Shown here: piece by piece, positions 8,311 through 17,335 of the stretch | Layout of the letters: each line of letters begins with the position of its first letter | How positions within the stretch are numbered: the stretch's first letter is position 1 | Origin: an uncultured Gammaproteobacteria bacterium | Lineage (GTDB): Bacteria; Patescibacteriota; Microgenomatia; Levybacterales; GWA1-39-11 | NCBI GenBank assembly: GCA_964627245.1 | Contig: CAZVGS010000001.1 | Span: 89,256 to 153,255 of the forward strand | Length of the DNA: 64,000 nt | Direction: 5' to 3' | Position numbers and translations under genes: made by a program | Notes under the pieces: model-generated | Databases searched by the model: none | The model's input: the letters and a program-made list of their open reading frames with translations, nothing else | Told to the model about the DNA's origin: nothing

Positions 8311-10227
8311 TTAATCGTGCCAAATGTCATTACCTCTCGCATCCATACCTAACCACTGCTGAGATTTTTCTAATTCCTCACGCCAGTACCACCCGCCGGG
8401 AACTTTTTCTTCTGTCTTTTTCTTAATAGCTGGTTTCCGTGTTGGGGTCGGAGACGGAGCTTCAGTTGTTATCGGGCTAGGGGTAACTGATGGTATTGCG
8501 TTTACCGTTGCTACCGGAGAAAGAATTTCGAGAGCACTCACTTCTTTTATCTTTGTTGCCGAATCAAATAAATAGTAAGTAGTAAATCCAGATACAGTTG
8601 CAAATACAGAGATGAAAATAATGATTTGACTTACAGTGAGATAATTAGCTCTAATGTGTGAAAATGCATAATTAATCCGTTTTGATAGGGGTGGGATTTC
8701 ACTTAACCGTCTTTTGGTATTTCTCATCTGTACAACCAAAATAAACGTTATTATGAAATTCCAAAAAATCCAGAATTGAATAGAAAAATAATCAATATCA
8801 AATAAATGAATATCCCCTGTCCTTAGCCCAATCAGAATTAGAATAGTATAGAAAGTGAAATATATGGTTACAAACCGTGTCGTTTGTGAGAAAGCATGAG
8901 AGACAGATTTGTGTTTCGCGTTAGTTGAAACCCATCCGACAGATTTTTTGAACAATGCGGTTTTTACTGCGTGGGAATACGCATAAGTTCGAGCCATGAG
9001 AATTCCAAAATACCCGAATCGAAATTTAGCGACTGGGAATAACCACAGGTAAACAATTGCAAAAATTAAGTGAGGGTAAAAGAGCAAACTCTTACCGAGA
9101 GGAATATATTCATTGTATAAGAACAGTGTCCAAAAGAGATGGAAAGAGAAGAGGATCATCAAAGGGTGATGTAAATAGAACATAAACCCGGTAATAAAGC
9201 AGAATTTGGTTTTCCACGATGTCTTACCTTTCCAGAAAAATTTTGAAAGCATTAATCGCAAACTACCCATACACCATCTATGTTGTTGGTGGAAAAAGGC
9301 GTATTGATTATCCGGGCATAATCCAATAGATAGAAGTATCGGTACAAATAGAACCCTTAAACCTACTCTTGAAATAGCGTACCCAGTATGAGCATCTTCA
9401 CTGTATTCAATCTGATAGGGTCCGCCGATTGCCTCGATTGCACTTCTCCGATACAATGCACACGAACCACAGCATATAGCCCCCCCGAATCGACTTCTCG
9501 TCACTTGAATAAATCGGTAAAATGGCTCTTCGGCAAATGCTGCGTTATATGCGAATTTTGATTTTTTATATGCATTATCTGACAAATCAAAGTATTGAGG
9601 CGTTTGAACAATTCCGACAGTTGGATCATCCATATACGGGAGCGTTTCTTTTATAAAATCGGGATGGGGTGCGAAATCAGCATCAAAGATTGCGATAAAA
9701 TGACCATTAGACCTCTCAAAAGTATGTTTCAAATTTCCAGCCTTTTTCATATGTCCCTTATTCGGCCGTTCCATATAAACGAATCCAAAGTGTTGAGCCA
9801 ATTCTTTATGCGCCTCGAAATTTTCCTTCGAATCATCCAATACGTATACGGTTTTATTTTTATAGTTAATGTTTGATACGTGTTCCCAGGTATTTCTGAG
9901 TACGTCAACTTCTTCACCACAAATAGGCAAGAAAATATCAACGGGGGGTTCTTTGTCATATGATTTTACAAGTGCAAAGTGTTTCAGCAAGTCAAATTGA
10001 CGGTAAAACAAGTTAAGGCCAAAGCTGGCAAGGTGATAAATAGAGAGTAGTATAAAAATTGGAATGACAAAAAATGAATAAAACGGGTCTATCCCTATGA
10101 CGTTCCAGTACCCAAGCATAATCAAGATCCATGAGAAAATCCCAAATCCATACAGTAATCTAACTTTCCAGGTGGGAGTTTTTTCAATATACAGGTACTT
10201 ATTAATTGTCGAGGGGTTGGGGAGCAT
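8311..10227 (-). CDS. processive family-2 glycosyltransferase (cellulose/chitin/hyaluronan-synthase-like), multi-TM
   Basis: 638 aa; N-terminal TM helices, DD and DxD-type motifs (LDDSKEN, IFDADF), QQHRW (QxxRW) motif, C-terminal TM bundle, then a PT-rich tail. Confidence 0.8.
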   Translation of the reverse strand: MLPNPSTINKYLYIEKTPTWKVRLLYGFGIFSWILIMLGYWNVIGIDPFYSFFVIPIFILLSIYHLASFGLNLFYRQFDLLKHFALVKSYDKEPPVDIFLPICGEEVDVLRNTWEHVSNINYKNKTVYVLDDSKENFEAHKELAQHFGFVYMERPNKGHMKKAGNLKHTFERSNGHFIAIFDADFAPHPDFIKETLPYMDDPTVGIVQTPQYFDLSDNAYKKSKFAYNAAFAEEPFYRFIQVTRSRFGGAICCGSCALYRRSAIEAIGGPYQIEYSEDAHTGYAISRVGLRVLFVPILLSIGLCPDNQYAFFHQQHRWCMGSLRLMLSKFFWKGKTSWKTKFCFITGFMFYLHHPLMILFSFHLFWTLFLYNEYIPLGKSLLFYPHLIFAIVYLWLFPVAKFRFGYFGILMARTYAYSHAVKTALFKKSVGWVSTNAKHKSVSHAFSQTTRFVTIYFTFYTILILIGLRTGDIHLFDIDYFSIQFWIFWNFIITFILVVQMRNTKRRLSEIPPLSKRINYAFSHIRANYLTVSQIIIFISVFATVSGFTTYYLFDSATKIKEVSALEILSPVATVNAIPSVTPSPITTEAPSPTPTRKPAIKKKTEEKVPGGWYWREELEKSQQWLGMDARGNDIWHD

Positions 10228-10232
10228 ACGAA

Positions 10233-10532
10233 CTAGTTACCACCATTTCGTACACGGGACACAAAATCTCTAATTCTTTGTTGAAAGTCATTGTTATATT
10301 CTTTGAATTCTGGATTACGAACAGCTTTACAGCTTGGATAAGAAATTTGTCGATTAAATGGAAGTTCGCGTGTTACAGTCTGACAAACAATAGTTACAGG
10401 TGTATGAGGATTATCATAAATTGGCGGTGTTACTCCACCTCCACCATAAGCAGAAGCTGTTGGAACGTTAAATAAGAATACGGAGAGAATAAATGTGAGT
10501 ATAAATAACTTTTTCATCCTTAAAAGCATCAT
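10233..10532 (-). CDS. small secreted protein, 99 aa (possibly starting at the internal MKKLF)
   Basis: Signal peptide ...FILTFILSVFLFNVPTASA; first gene of the minus-strand cargo operon. Confidence 0.5.
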   Translation of the reverse strand: MMLLRMKKLFILTFILSVFLFNVPTASAYGGGGVTPPIYDNPHTPVTIVCQTVTRELPFNRQISYPSCKAVRNPEFKEYNNDFQQRIRDFVSRVRNGGN

Positions 10533-10544
10533 AACAGATGCATC

Positions 10545-10572
10545 TTATAATATCAATACCCATTTCTTACAA
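10545..10572 (-). promoter_or_regulatory. candidate promoter for the minus-strand cargo operon (TTGTAA-N16-TTATAA)
   Basis: Reverse complement reads TTGTAAgaaatgggtattgataTTATAA just upstream of the ATG at 10532; AT-rich divergent control region. Confidence 0.3.
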
Positions 10573-10586
10573 TATTTTAATTTTTG

Positions 10587-10609
10587 AAAACTTGACTTCC
10601 TGTCCGTTA
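10587..10609 (+). promoter_or_regulatory. promoter/operator-like motif AAAACTTGACTTCCTGTCCGTTA (copy 2 of 2)
   Basis: Near-identical to 4840-4862; precedes the second plus-strand gene block. Confidence 0.35.
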
Positions 10610-10684
10610 GTACGATAGGGTTTCATCATAAGCTAAACAGCCAAGCACTAGCACTTAGCGACTAATCGTATTTTCGAGAGGTCG

Positions 10685-10730
10685 CTTTTTTTGTGGCTGG
10701 AATGTTGAAAAGCGGGGGTTCCTCCTTCAA
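10685..10730 (+). promoter_or_regulatory. bipartite conserved element CTTTTTTTGTGGCTGGAATG ... GTTCCTCCTTCAA (copy 1; copy 2 at 17196-17247)
   Basis: Both halves recur in the same order and spacing upstream of the 17336 ORF; preceded by an AGCGAC/GTCGCT inverted repeat. Confidence 0.3.
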
Positions 10731-10789
10731 CAAGGGGTCCATAATGCCCCCGCCTTTGAGCCTTTCAGTTAAATGATACAAGGTTAAAT

Positions 10790-11062
10790 ATGAAGAAAGT
10801 AAGCAGAAACAATTTATACAGAGAGATAGACAAATTATTCCTTTGGTTAATTCAGTTACCCGATACTGATGCCGATGAGGATAAGTCTTTGCGTGAAATT
10901 CAGAAACATCTTGTCAGGTTATCAAATCTGAAAAGTGAGGAATACACTCAGGAAGCTCCTGAACAGCCGGAACAACCGCAACAGCAGGAACCGCAAAAGC
11001 CGTTAACCGATATGCAACGAAAAATTATGAGCGGGGAAATCTCGATAGGAGGACAGGAATAA
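10790..11062 (+). CDS. hypothetical protein, 90 aa (acidic, PEQPEQPQQQ repeat)
   Basis: First ORF of the second plus-strand block; the next gene starts 2 nt after its stop. Confidence 0.45.
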   Translation: MKKVSRNNLYREIDKLFLWLIQLPDTDADEDKSLREIQKHLVRLSNLKSEEYTQEAPEQPEQPQQQEPQKPLTDMQRKIMSGEISIGGQE

Positions 11063-11063
11063 A

Positions 11064-12101
11064 ATGGCTTGGGGCGAACAGGGACAGAAAATTACATGGA
11101 CACCGAACGTAGTTTCAGACGATAAGAAACAACACGGCGGATGGTATGACAATCCTTCAACGGGATATAACCAACGGTGGTACTCAGGCGGTGCAACCAG
11201 TGAAAACGGTAACTCTTCCTCTAGTGGCTTCTCAATTCCTCAACCTGATATGGAAGCAATCAATCGGGAGTATCAGCCTATTTATGAGAATTATGCCCGT
11301 GATGAGCAGTTCTTAAAAGAATCCCAGGCAAGTGAGCAGGAAATGCTTAATGACAATTTTACTCTTGCCGATACCCGACTTGATAGGAATAAAACGGAGC
11401 GCGAGTTACACAACAAGGAACAGGAAACTACACTTAATAATCAATACCGCTCAGCGTACGAGGAAGTAGTACGCGCACAGAACGCATTAACACAGCAGGG
11501 AAATGTACGATTCGGAGGCACATCTTCAGCGGGTCGGGCTATGGGAGAAATCGCACAAAGTGAATTCTTCCGACAGTCAGGAAAAATACAGAATACCCAT
11601 CTTGAGAATATAGGCAGAATTCAGTCCGATTGGAGAAAATATCTTTCTTGGCATGCGGACGAAGAGCAAAGACTGGTCCAGGAGAAAAGACACGAAACCA
11701 CAAAACTTCAAAACACGTACAAACAGATGTATGTTCAGATTGCAAATAACCGTAACATCACAAAATCAGAACAGGCACGGGCACAGCGCAACGCTCAGGA
11801 AACATACCAGGCACGTAAGGCAGACCTTGAGAACTCTATCAAACTCAGACAGATGGCAATGGATGAGTACGCCCAAAAACTCAGAATGGAACTTGATGCG
11901 CAAATTGAGTTAGCGGGTAAAACAGCCTATTCGGTATCGGATAACACGTTTGCAAGTGATACTCAGTCAGATGTTGACGGTGTAAGTTATGTTCCTTCCG
12001 AGAACGGCAGTCTTATGAATATGAATACCAGTTATGTAAATCCGTTCGCACGCGCACGATACAGCGATGATGAATTTGAGGATAATCCTTATTTCGCTTA
12101 A
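11064..12101 (+). CDS. hypothetical Gln/Asn-rich coiled-coil-like protein, 345 aa
   Basis: Long ORF with coding-like composition and no recognisable catalytic motif. Confidence 0.5.
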   Translation: MAWGEQGQKITWTPNVVSDDKKQHGGWYDNPSTGYNQRWYSGGATSENGNSSSSGFSIPQPDMEAINREYQPIYENYARDEQFLKESQASEQEMLNDNFTLADTRLDRNKTERELHNKEQETTLNNQYRSAYEEVVRAQNALTQQGNVRFGGTSSAGRAMGEIAQSEFFRQSGKIQNTHLENIGRIQSDWRKYLSWHADEEQRLVQEKRHETTKLQNTYKQMYVQIANNRNITKSEQARAQRNAQETYQARKADLENSIKLRQMAMDEYAQKLRMELDAQIELAGKTAYSVSDNTFASDTQSDVDGVSYVPSENGSLMNMNTSYVNPFARARYSDDEFEDNPYFA

Positions 12102-12106
12102 TAACT

Positions 12107-15100
12107 ATGGAATTAAAATCACTGCTCAGAGACGTTTCACGCCGTTATAACGAATATAACCGTAAACAGAAAAAACCACGCATACAGCCGAGTCTTATTG
12201 AAGATGTCGGGAACCGATTCCGCTCATTCGTAAAAGAACAGTCTCAGGAAGGCCAACCGCTCCACAAAATAACCCGCACCATTCAGGAATTACCGTTAGT
12301 TACACAACGCGAAGTAGATGAGGTCGGGACCCGCTTTCGCTCTTTCGTGGATGAAAGACAAAAAAATGTTGATGATGTGGGTAAACGATTCGGGGAATTC
12401 AAAGTAAAGGCTTCTCAGTTTTCAAAGGATTATGACCCGTTCAACTTTGATGAAAAAGCCCCGATAAATCAGCTTCCCGTTCTCGGCGATATCCGCAGAA
12501 CATTACAGCCGTATACAAATCCTTATAAATTAGGTCCTATGGAACTGATGCGCAGAAATACGGAACTCATGCAAAAAGAGAGTAAAGGAATTGCATTGAC
12601 CGATGAGGAAAAGGAATTTCAGAAGTATTACATGACCGAACAGGCTTCTATGGTTATGCCGATGGGTACGGTCGGTAAAGTGGCAAAACCCGCATTAACC
12701 GCATTGCAGAAAGAAGCCGTAAAGAAATTACCTAAAATACTCTATGAATTTGATGCTAAGACCGCAAACAAGGTAATTGATGAAGCAAAAGGAGCCTCTA
12801 AAGAATGGGTTGATGAATTCAAATCATGGGTAAATACCAGAGCATCCGCACAGCTTCAGGGACTGAATCAGCGGATGAAATTCAAGGATATGGATTCTGA
12901 GGGAATTGCAGGTATTTTTAAGTTCCAGGCAGGAGACAAGACGGGACGGTTTGCCGATGTGAAGAAATTTTTTGATTCCCGCTATTCAGAACTTCAGAAA
13001 GCAGGAGTTGAATTCAGATATAAACAGGAGTATCTACCGCAACTATGGCTTAATTCAAAAGAAGAGGTTGAGGAACGGCTCGGACGAACTCTTACTTCCC
13101 GTCCTTCCTTCTCTCTTCGATCAGTAATTGAGAATTATCAGAAAGGAATAGCTAACGGACTAAAACCGCGCTTTCAGACATTATCGGAACTTATCGGATG
13201 GTATGAGGCAAAAACGGCCAAAGTTATAGCGGATCAGAATTTTTACAACTACATGAAGAAGGCAAAGTATATTCTTCCTGAGGATACGGCTCCTGCATGG
13301 TGGAAAACGATAGATTCCGAGAAGTTTCCGAAGTTCACGGTTAAAGTAGGTTCGGAGGTTAAGAATCTGAACTATAAAGCTGAGGGAAGAATTGCGGATG
13401 CTATTAACAATTATCTTAATGACCCTGAAGGAGCATTACCAGCTTTTGCTGACTTTGCCACGAAGGTTAAGAATCTGGGATTATCGGCAGGCGTACCCCA
13501 TACTTCAATTAACTTTCACGGCTATAACATCTTCGTCCGTTCGGTCCTGGCAAGTAATAACCCCGTATCTTCTATTTTCAGAACAGGCCAATGGATGCTT
13601 AAACCCAAAATTGCGGAACGGTTTGTTATGAATAACCTTGAGGATGCGCAGTATTTTGTTAAAAACGGCATGACCATGAGTACCGAGGATTACGGACTGT
13701 TCGAGGCGGTTGAGAAGGTTAAAAAAAGCGGTGTAATTAATAAGACATTAGATAAATATGAGGAATGGTTCGGGGACCCTCTGTTTAAGAAATCCCTTCC
13801 CGCAATCAAAATTCAGTATACCCGCGCATTGTTTGATGATTTACTCAAAACATTGCCTGAAGAGGAAGCGGTAAAGATAGCCGTAAAAAGCGCAAATGAT
13901 GTATTCGGGGGAATTAATTTGAATGAACTGATGCGCAACAAACAAACACAAAATGTACTCCGTTCCGTTCTGCTCGCGCCAGACTGGGCTGAGTCTACAA
14001 TCAGAATGGGTAAAGGAATTGTTAAAGGAGTTGCCAACCCGTTAAGCCCCGAGTACAAAGCATACCGTACTTTTGCCAAAAACATGGTATTCGGGTATAT
14101 CACGGCCAACGTTGTGAATAAAGCTCTGTCAGGTCACTGGATGTTTGAAAATGAAGGTAACAATAAATTCAATATTGATACCGGTACATATACGGGAGAC
14201 GGTAAGAAACGGTACTTCAGAATCTGGGGTACGGCCGTTGATTTTGCCAGACTTCCTGTTGATATCGTTAACGGTCTCTCAAAAGGCGATCCGTCAGCAT
14301 TTGTCAGAACCTTCACTAACCGCTTATCCATGCCTGTAGGTTCAGCAGGACATTTACTATTCAATAAAGATTATCTCGGACGGCCCGTATACGGAAAAGA
14401 CCAATGGGGAAATGAAATCGACCCTATACAGTCAGCAGGAGGCATAACAAATGAAGTATTACGCGGTGTCGGAACTCCTACTCAGGTAATGGCGGGTATT
14501 GATTTACTTACAGGGCGTTCAAATCCCGAACAGGCTCTTGCTCAGTCACTTGAACTTCCGATGCGATATCAGGGAGGAGCAAGCTCGGACACACAGAAAA
14601 GAAGAAATGCAGCGTTTCAGTCTCTCGGCTTTGAAGGCGAAGCATTAGCCCGCGAAATGGAGAGAACAAAGGGTATGAGATATTCGGGAAGTCAGGGAGA
14701 AGAAAAGTCACTGCTTGACCATATCGGAGAAAAGTTCATGAGCGTATTCGGTAAGAAAGAACCTAACAGACCTCAGCCGAATGACCCGCTTACAAAGGCT
14801 TTTCTTGCGGATATCGAAAAGGATGAGAATGCTACCCGTGTAAGAGAAGTATTCAAATTAGGTTTAAGCAAGGAACAGACAGAACAGTTACTTGAAAAGG
14901 AAGGATTAGGTACGTATGAAGAAGCTGAATTGATAATTATGAAAGCTCTCGGTGTTGAGAACGGAACTCGTGGAAATTACATTCAGGAGATTACAAAGGG
15001 AATGGATGATGAAAGTAAAGAGGCCACTCTTTCCTATCTGGCCGAGAACGAAATTCTGACTACCTCAGTTATATCCCAATGGGTTGATGACGGGGAAATA

Positions 15101-15391
15101 ACAGACGAGGAAGCCGATTATCTGAAGGACCTGATTAAAAAAAGTAAAGGAACGTACAAAGGTCCGAAGGCAAAAGGCGGTAAGAAAGCGGGCGCAAAGA
15201 AAGTAACGGCAGGAAGTATCCCGACAATTAAGATTCCTACTTTTGCGGGCGGTACGGTTAAGAGTGTCAGCAAGGCATATTACAAACCGATACCAAAGAT
15301 TACCTATGAAAGACCTACGCCTACTTCAAAACAAAAAGTATCAGCTCCGAAGCCTGAGACTAATTTTAAATCATACGGAGGGAACAACTAA
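12107..15391 (+). CDS. large hypothetical protein, 1094 aa, with N-terminal repeats [DE][DE]VG-x-RF-x-[SE]F and a Lys-rich C-terminus
   Basis: Repeats DVGNRFRSFV / DEVGTRFRSFV / DDVGKRFGEF; C-terminal KAKGGKKAGAKK; could be an ejection/pilot, tape-measure-like or DNA-associated protein. Confidence 0.55.
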   Translation: MELKSLLRDVSRRYNEYNRKQKKPRIQPSLIEDVGNRFRSFVKEQSQEGQPLHKITRTIQELPLVTQREVDEVGTRFRSFVDERQKNVDDVGKRFGEFKVKASQFSKDYDPFNFDEKAPINQLPVLGDIRRTLQPYTNPYKLGPMELMRRNTELMQKESKGIALTDEEKEFQKYYMTEQASMVMPMGTVGKVAKPALTALQKEAVKKLPKILYEFDAKTANKVIDEAKGASKEWVDEFKSWVNTRASAQLQGLNQRMKFKDMDSEGIAGIFKFQAGDKTGRFADVKKFFDSRYSELQKAGVEFRYKQEYLPQLWLNSKEEVEERLGRTLTSRPSFSLRSVIENYQKGIANGLKPRFQTLSELIGWYEAKTAKVIADQNFYNYMKKAKYILPEDTAPAWWKTIDSEKFPKFTVKVGSEVKNLNYKAEGRIADAINNYLNDPEGALPAFADFATKVKNLGLSAGVPHTSINFHGYNIFVRSVLASNNPVSSIFRTGQWMLKPKIAERFVMNNLEDAQYFVKNGMTMSTEDYGLFEAVEKVKKSGVINKTLDKYEEWFGDPLFKKSLPAIKIQYTRALFDDLLKTLPEEEAVKIAVKSANDVFGGINLNELMRNKQTQNVLRSVLLAPDWAESTIRMGKGIVKGVANPLSPEYKAYRTFAKNMVFGYITANVVNKALSGHWMFENEGNNKFNIDTGTYTGDGKKRYFRIWGTAVDFARLPVDIVNGLSKGDPSAFVRTFTNRLSMPVGSAGHLLFNKDYLGRPVYGKDQWGNEIDPIQSAGGITNEVLRGVGTPTQVMAGIDLLTGRSNPEQALAQSLELPMRYQGGASSDTQKRRNAAFQSLGFEGEALAREMERTKGMRYSGSQGEEKSLLDHIGEKFMSVFGKKEPNRPQPNDPLTKAFLADIEKDENATRVREVFKLGLSKEQTEQLLEKEGLGTYEEAELIIMKALGVENGTRGNYIQEITKGMDDESKEATLSYLAENEILTTSVISQWVDDGEITDEEADYLKDLIKKSKGTYKGPKAKGGKKAGAKKVTAGSIPTIKIPTFAGGTVKSVSKAYYKPIPKITYERPTPTSKQKVSAPKPETNFKSYGGNN

Positions 15392-15393
15392 TT

Positions 15394-15579
15394 ATGAATA
15401 AAAAGTGTCTTACATGCGGGACGGAATTACAGAAACGAAAACATGAAAGCCGGGCAAGATTTGAAAAAAAGCAGTTCTGTACGGCCGAACATGCCAGGAC
15501 ACATATGAAGGAAACAGGGCGTGGCTGGTGGAATCCGGAATTTGATAGAGGAAAACTCAGAGCAAAGGGGGTGAATTAA
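15394..15579 (+). CDS. zinc-ribbon protein, 61 aa (CLTCGTE...CTAEH)
   Basis: CxxC plus C/H pair; strong SD upstream. Confidence 0.45.
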   Translation: MNKKCLTCGTELQKRKHESRARFEKKQFCTAEHARTHMKETGRGWWNPEFDRGKLRAKGVN

Positions 15580-15581
15580 AT

Positions 15582-15776
15582 ATGAACAAAGACCAATTAA
15601 GAGATGAAATGCAACAGGTAGCTTATGACACTATTCGGGGCGTTTCAGGACAACAGGTAAACGAGATTGATTACAAGAACGCGCTTGTATCAAAAACTCA
15701 GGAAGTCGTTGACGGAGCATATCAGCTCGGTTATAACGCGGGCTTTGAGGCGGGCAAAAACGCGCCACAAGGTTAA
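15582..15776 (+). CDS. hypothetical protein, 64 aa
   Basis: SD AAGGGGGTG upstream; coupled to the preceding ORF. Confidence 0.45.
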   Translation: MNKDQLRDEMQQVAYDTIRGVSGQQVNEIDYKNALVSKTQEVVDGAYQLGYNAGFEAGKNAPQG

Positions 15777-15808
15777 GAAATATTAAAAATGAAAGGAGGT
15801 GTAAAAAT

Positions 15809-16201
15809 ATGATTCGCAGAGATAAAACAAATTACGATCCTAACAAGGATAAATACAACTGGACGAACGACATGTACCGACAGGATGAGCTTTCTAACAG
15901 GGATTTAGAAGAACAGAAAGCGATAATCAATAACTGGCAGGCTATGAGTGAAAGTAAAAATGAAGCTGAAAAAGCCGAATGGGAACTGAACAGAAGAATT
16001 GCAGCGGTTACCGAAACGGATAATGCAGACATCAGACAGAAAGAGGCAATTAAGAGATACAAAATAGCCCAAAAATATGACGAGATAATCCGTAGCAAAA
16101 TGACAAGAGGCCAGACAGAGGAAGAATTTGAAGAAGAACGTCATGAATACGGAGCATTGCATCGCAGGGCTTTAAAAGAGGCTATGCGGTCAATTGAATA
16201 A
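15809..16201 (+). CDS. hypothetical charged helical protein, 130 aa
   Basis: SD AGGAGGTG, 8 nt upstream of the ATG. Confidence 0.5.
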   Translation: MIRRDKTNYDPNKDKYNWTNDMYRQDELSNRDLEEQKAIINNWQAMSESKNEAEKAEWELNRRIAAVTETDNADIRQKEAIKRYKIAQKYDEIIRSKMTRGQTEEEFEEERHEYGALHRRALKEAMRSIE

Positions 16202-16553
16202 TATGAGGGACGAGAAATGTATTGAATGCAGTGAGCAATTCACGATTACGGAAAGTGAACAATCATTTTATGTAAAGATGGGGTTCTTTCTTCCGAAAAG
16301 ATGCGCTGATTGCAGAAGAAAAAGAAAAGCTCAATTCGGGCAGGAAAGGAGGTTTAACTTAATGAATAATTCAAAACTTACAACATCAAGAATTACAAAG
16401 GCCACGAAGCAGGAAGCACCTAAAAATGCTATAGATTTTGCTTCTGACCAGAGAAAGGGAGTAACCAACTCTCAGGCTCCTGAAATTCGTGCGAATAACG
16501 GAACCATCTCTAGCAACGGCGGACGGTTCGGCGGATTCCTTAAGAACCGCTAA
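16194..16553 (+). CDS. zinc-ribbon protein, 119 aa; paralogue-like to ORF 5210-5509
   Basis: CIECSEQFTITESEQ ... CADCRRKRK; shares the C-x-E-C-x-[DE]-x-F-T-[LI]-T motif. Confidence 0.5.
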   Translation: MNNMRDEKCIECSEQFTITESEQSFYVKMGFFLPKRCADCRRKRKAQFGQERRFNLMNNSKLTTSRITKATKQEAPKNAIDFASDQRKGVTNSQAPEIRANNGTISSNGGRFGGFLKNR

Positions 16554-17043
16554 CGGTAATTGGAGGGCAGGTTGTTGTTCGTGAGTTCAAACGGAAACGA
16601 GCAGTTTCCGGGTAATGTGTTCCTCATGAGCAACGCTCTGTCCTTCAGGACGGAATGGCTTACAGCCTGAGATTTCATAGCTCTCAGTCAACACCAACGG
16701 GCGGAGCGGGTAAAGAATGTGCAGGAAAATCAGTCTCACAATAATAACTTTACCTGCCCGCTACGAAGTGCATACTCTACGGCTCTGTAATGCCTCAAAA
16801 ACGAGAGGAAATGCCTGAATCATACACATATACCATTAACGGGGTAAGACACGAAAAACGAAACTATACGGCCTTCTGGACCATAGATGAATAATAAATA
16901 TATTATGTATGTACAGGCACATAATTAGTTAAGATAACAGTAATTACTTAACGTACTATAAGCTTGACAAGTCACTTCCAGCATGATACAAATAATATGT
17001 AGCAATAAAAAAGCTATCGGGTAATAAGTGTTTGAGCAAATGA

Positions 17044-17112
17044 CCCTTTTCGGGTGCTGTTGTTCTAACTGCTTCAAACACGGCACAGCACTACCCGAAA
17101 GGGGTTTTTTAT
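17044..17112 (+). terminator. rho-independent terminator (long imperfect hairpin plus T-run)
   Basis: CCCTTTTCGGGTGCTGT ... ACAGCACTACCCGAAAGGGG followed by TTTTTTAT. Confidence 0.5.
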
Positions 17113-17195
17113 TGGCTTACTACTAGCCCTATTAGTAGTGCACATACGGTAGAGGCAATCAGATGAATCGCGTAAAAGCGGAAAATCGGTTGTCT

Positions 17196-17247
17196 CTTTT
17201 TTTGTGGCTTGAATGAGGGGAATCGTCAGCGCGTTCCTCTCCTTCAA
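17196..17247 (+). promoter_or_regulatory. bipartite conserved element CTTTTTTTGTGGCTTGAATG ... GTTCCTCTCCTTCAA (copy 2)
   Basis: See 10685-10730; lies about 90 nt upstream of ORF 17336. Confidence 0.3.
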
Positions 17248-17335
17248 TTCGCAAGAATTGAGGTAAGTAGTTAAGTCCTTTGTCTGGCTGGCATTTGCTT
17301 CTTTGTCAGTCAGTCAAAGCATTTAAGGAAAGGGG

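Noticed and set aside
10528-10556. TTGATA-N17-TATGAT promoter on the minus strand
   Set aside because: Its -10 overlaps the annotated ATG at 10532, so it is unlikely to drive that ORF unless the start is the internal MKKLF. The TTGTAA-N16-TTATAA alternative was reported instead.
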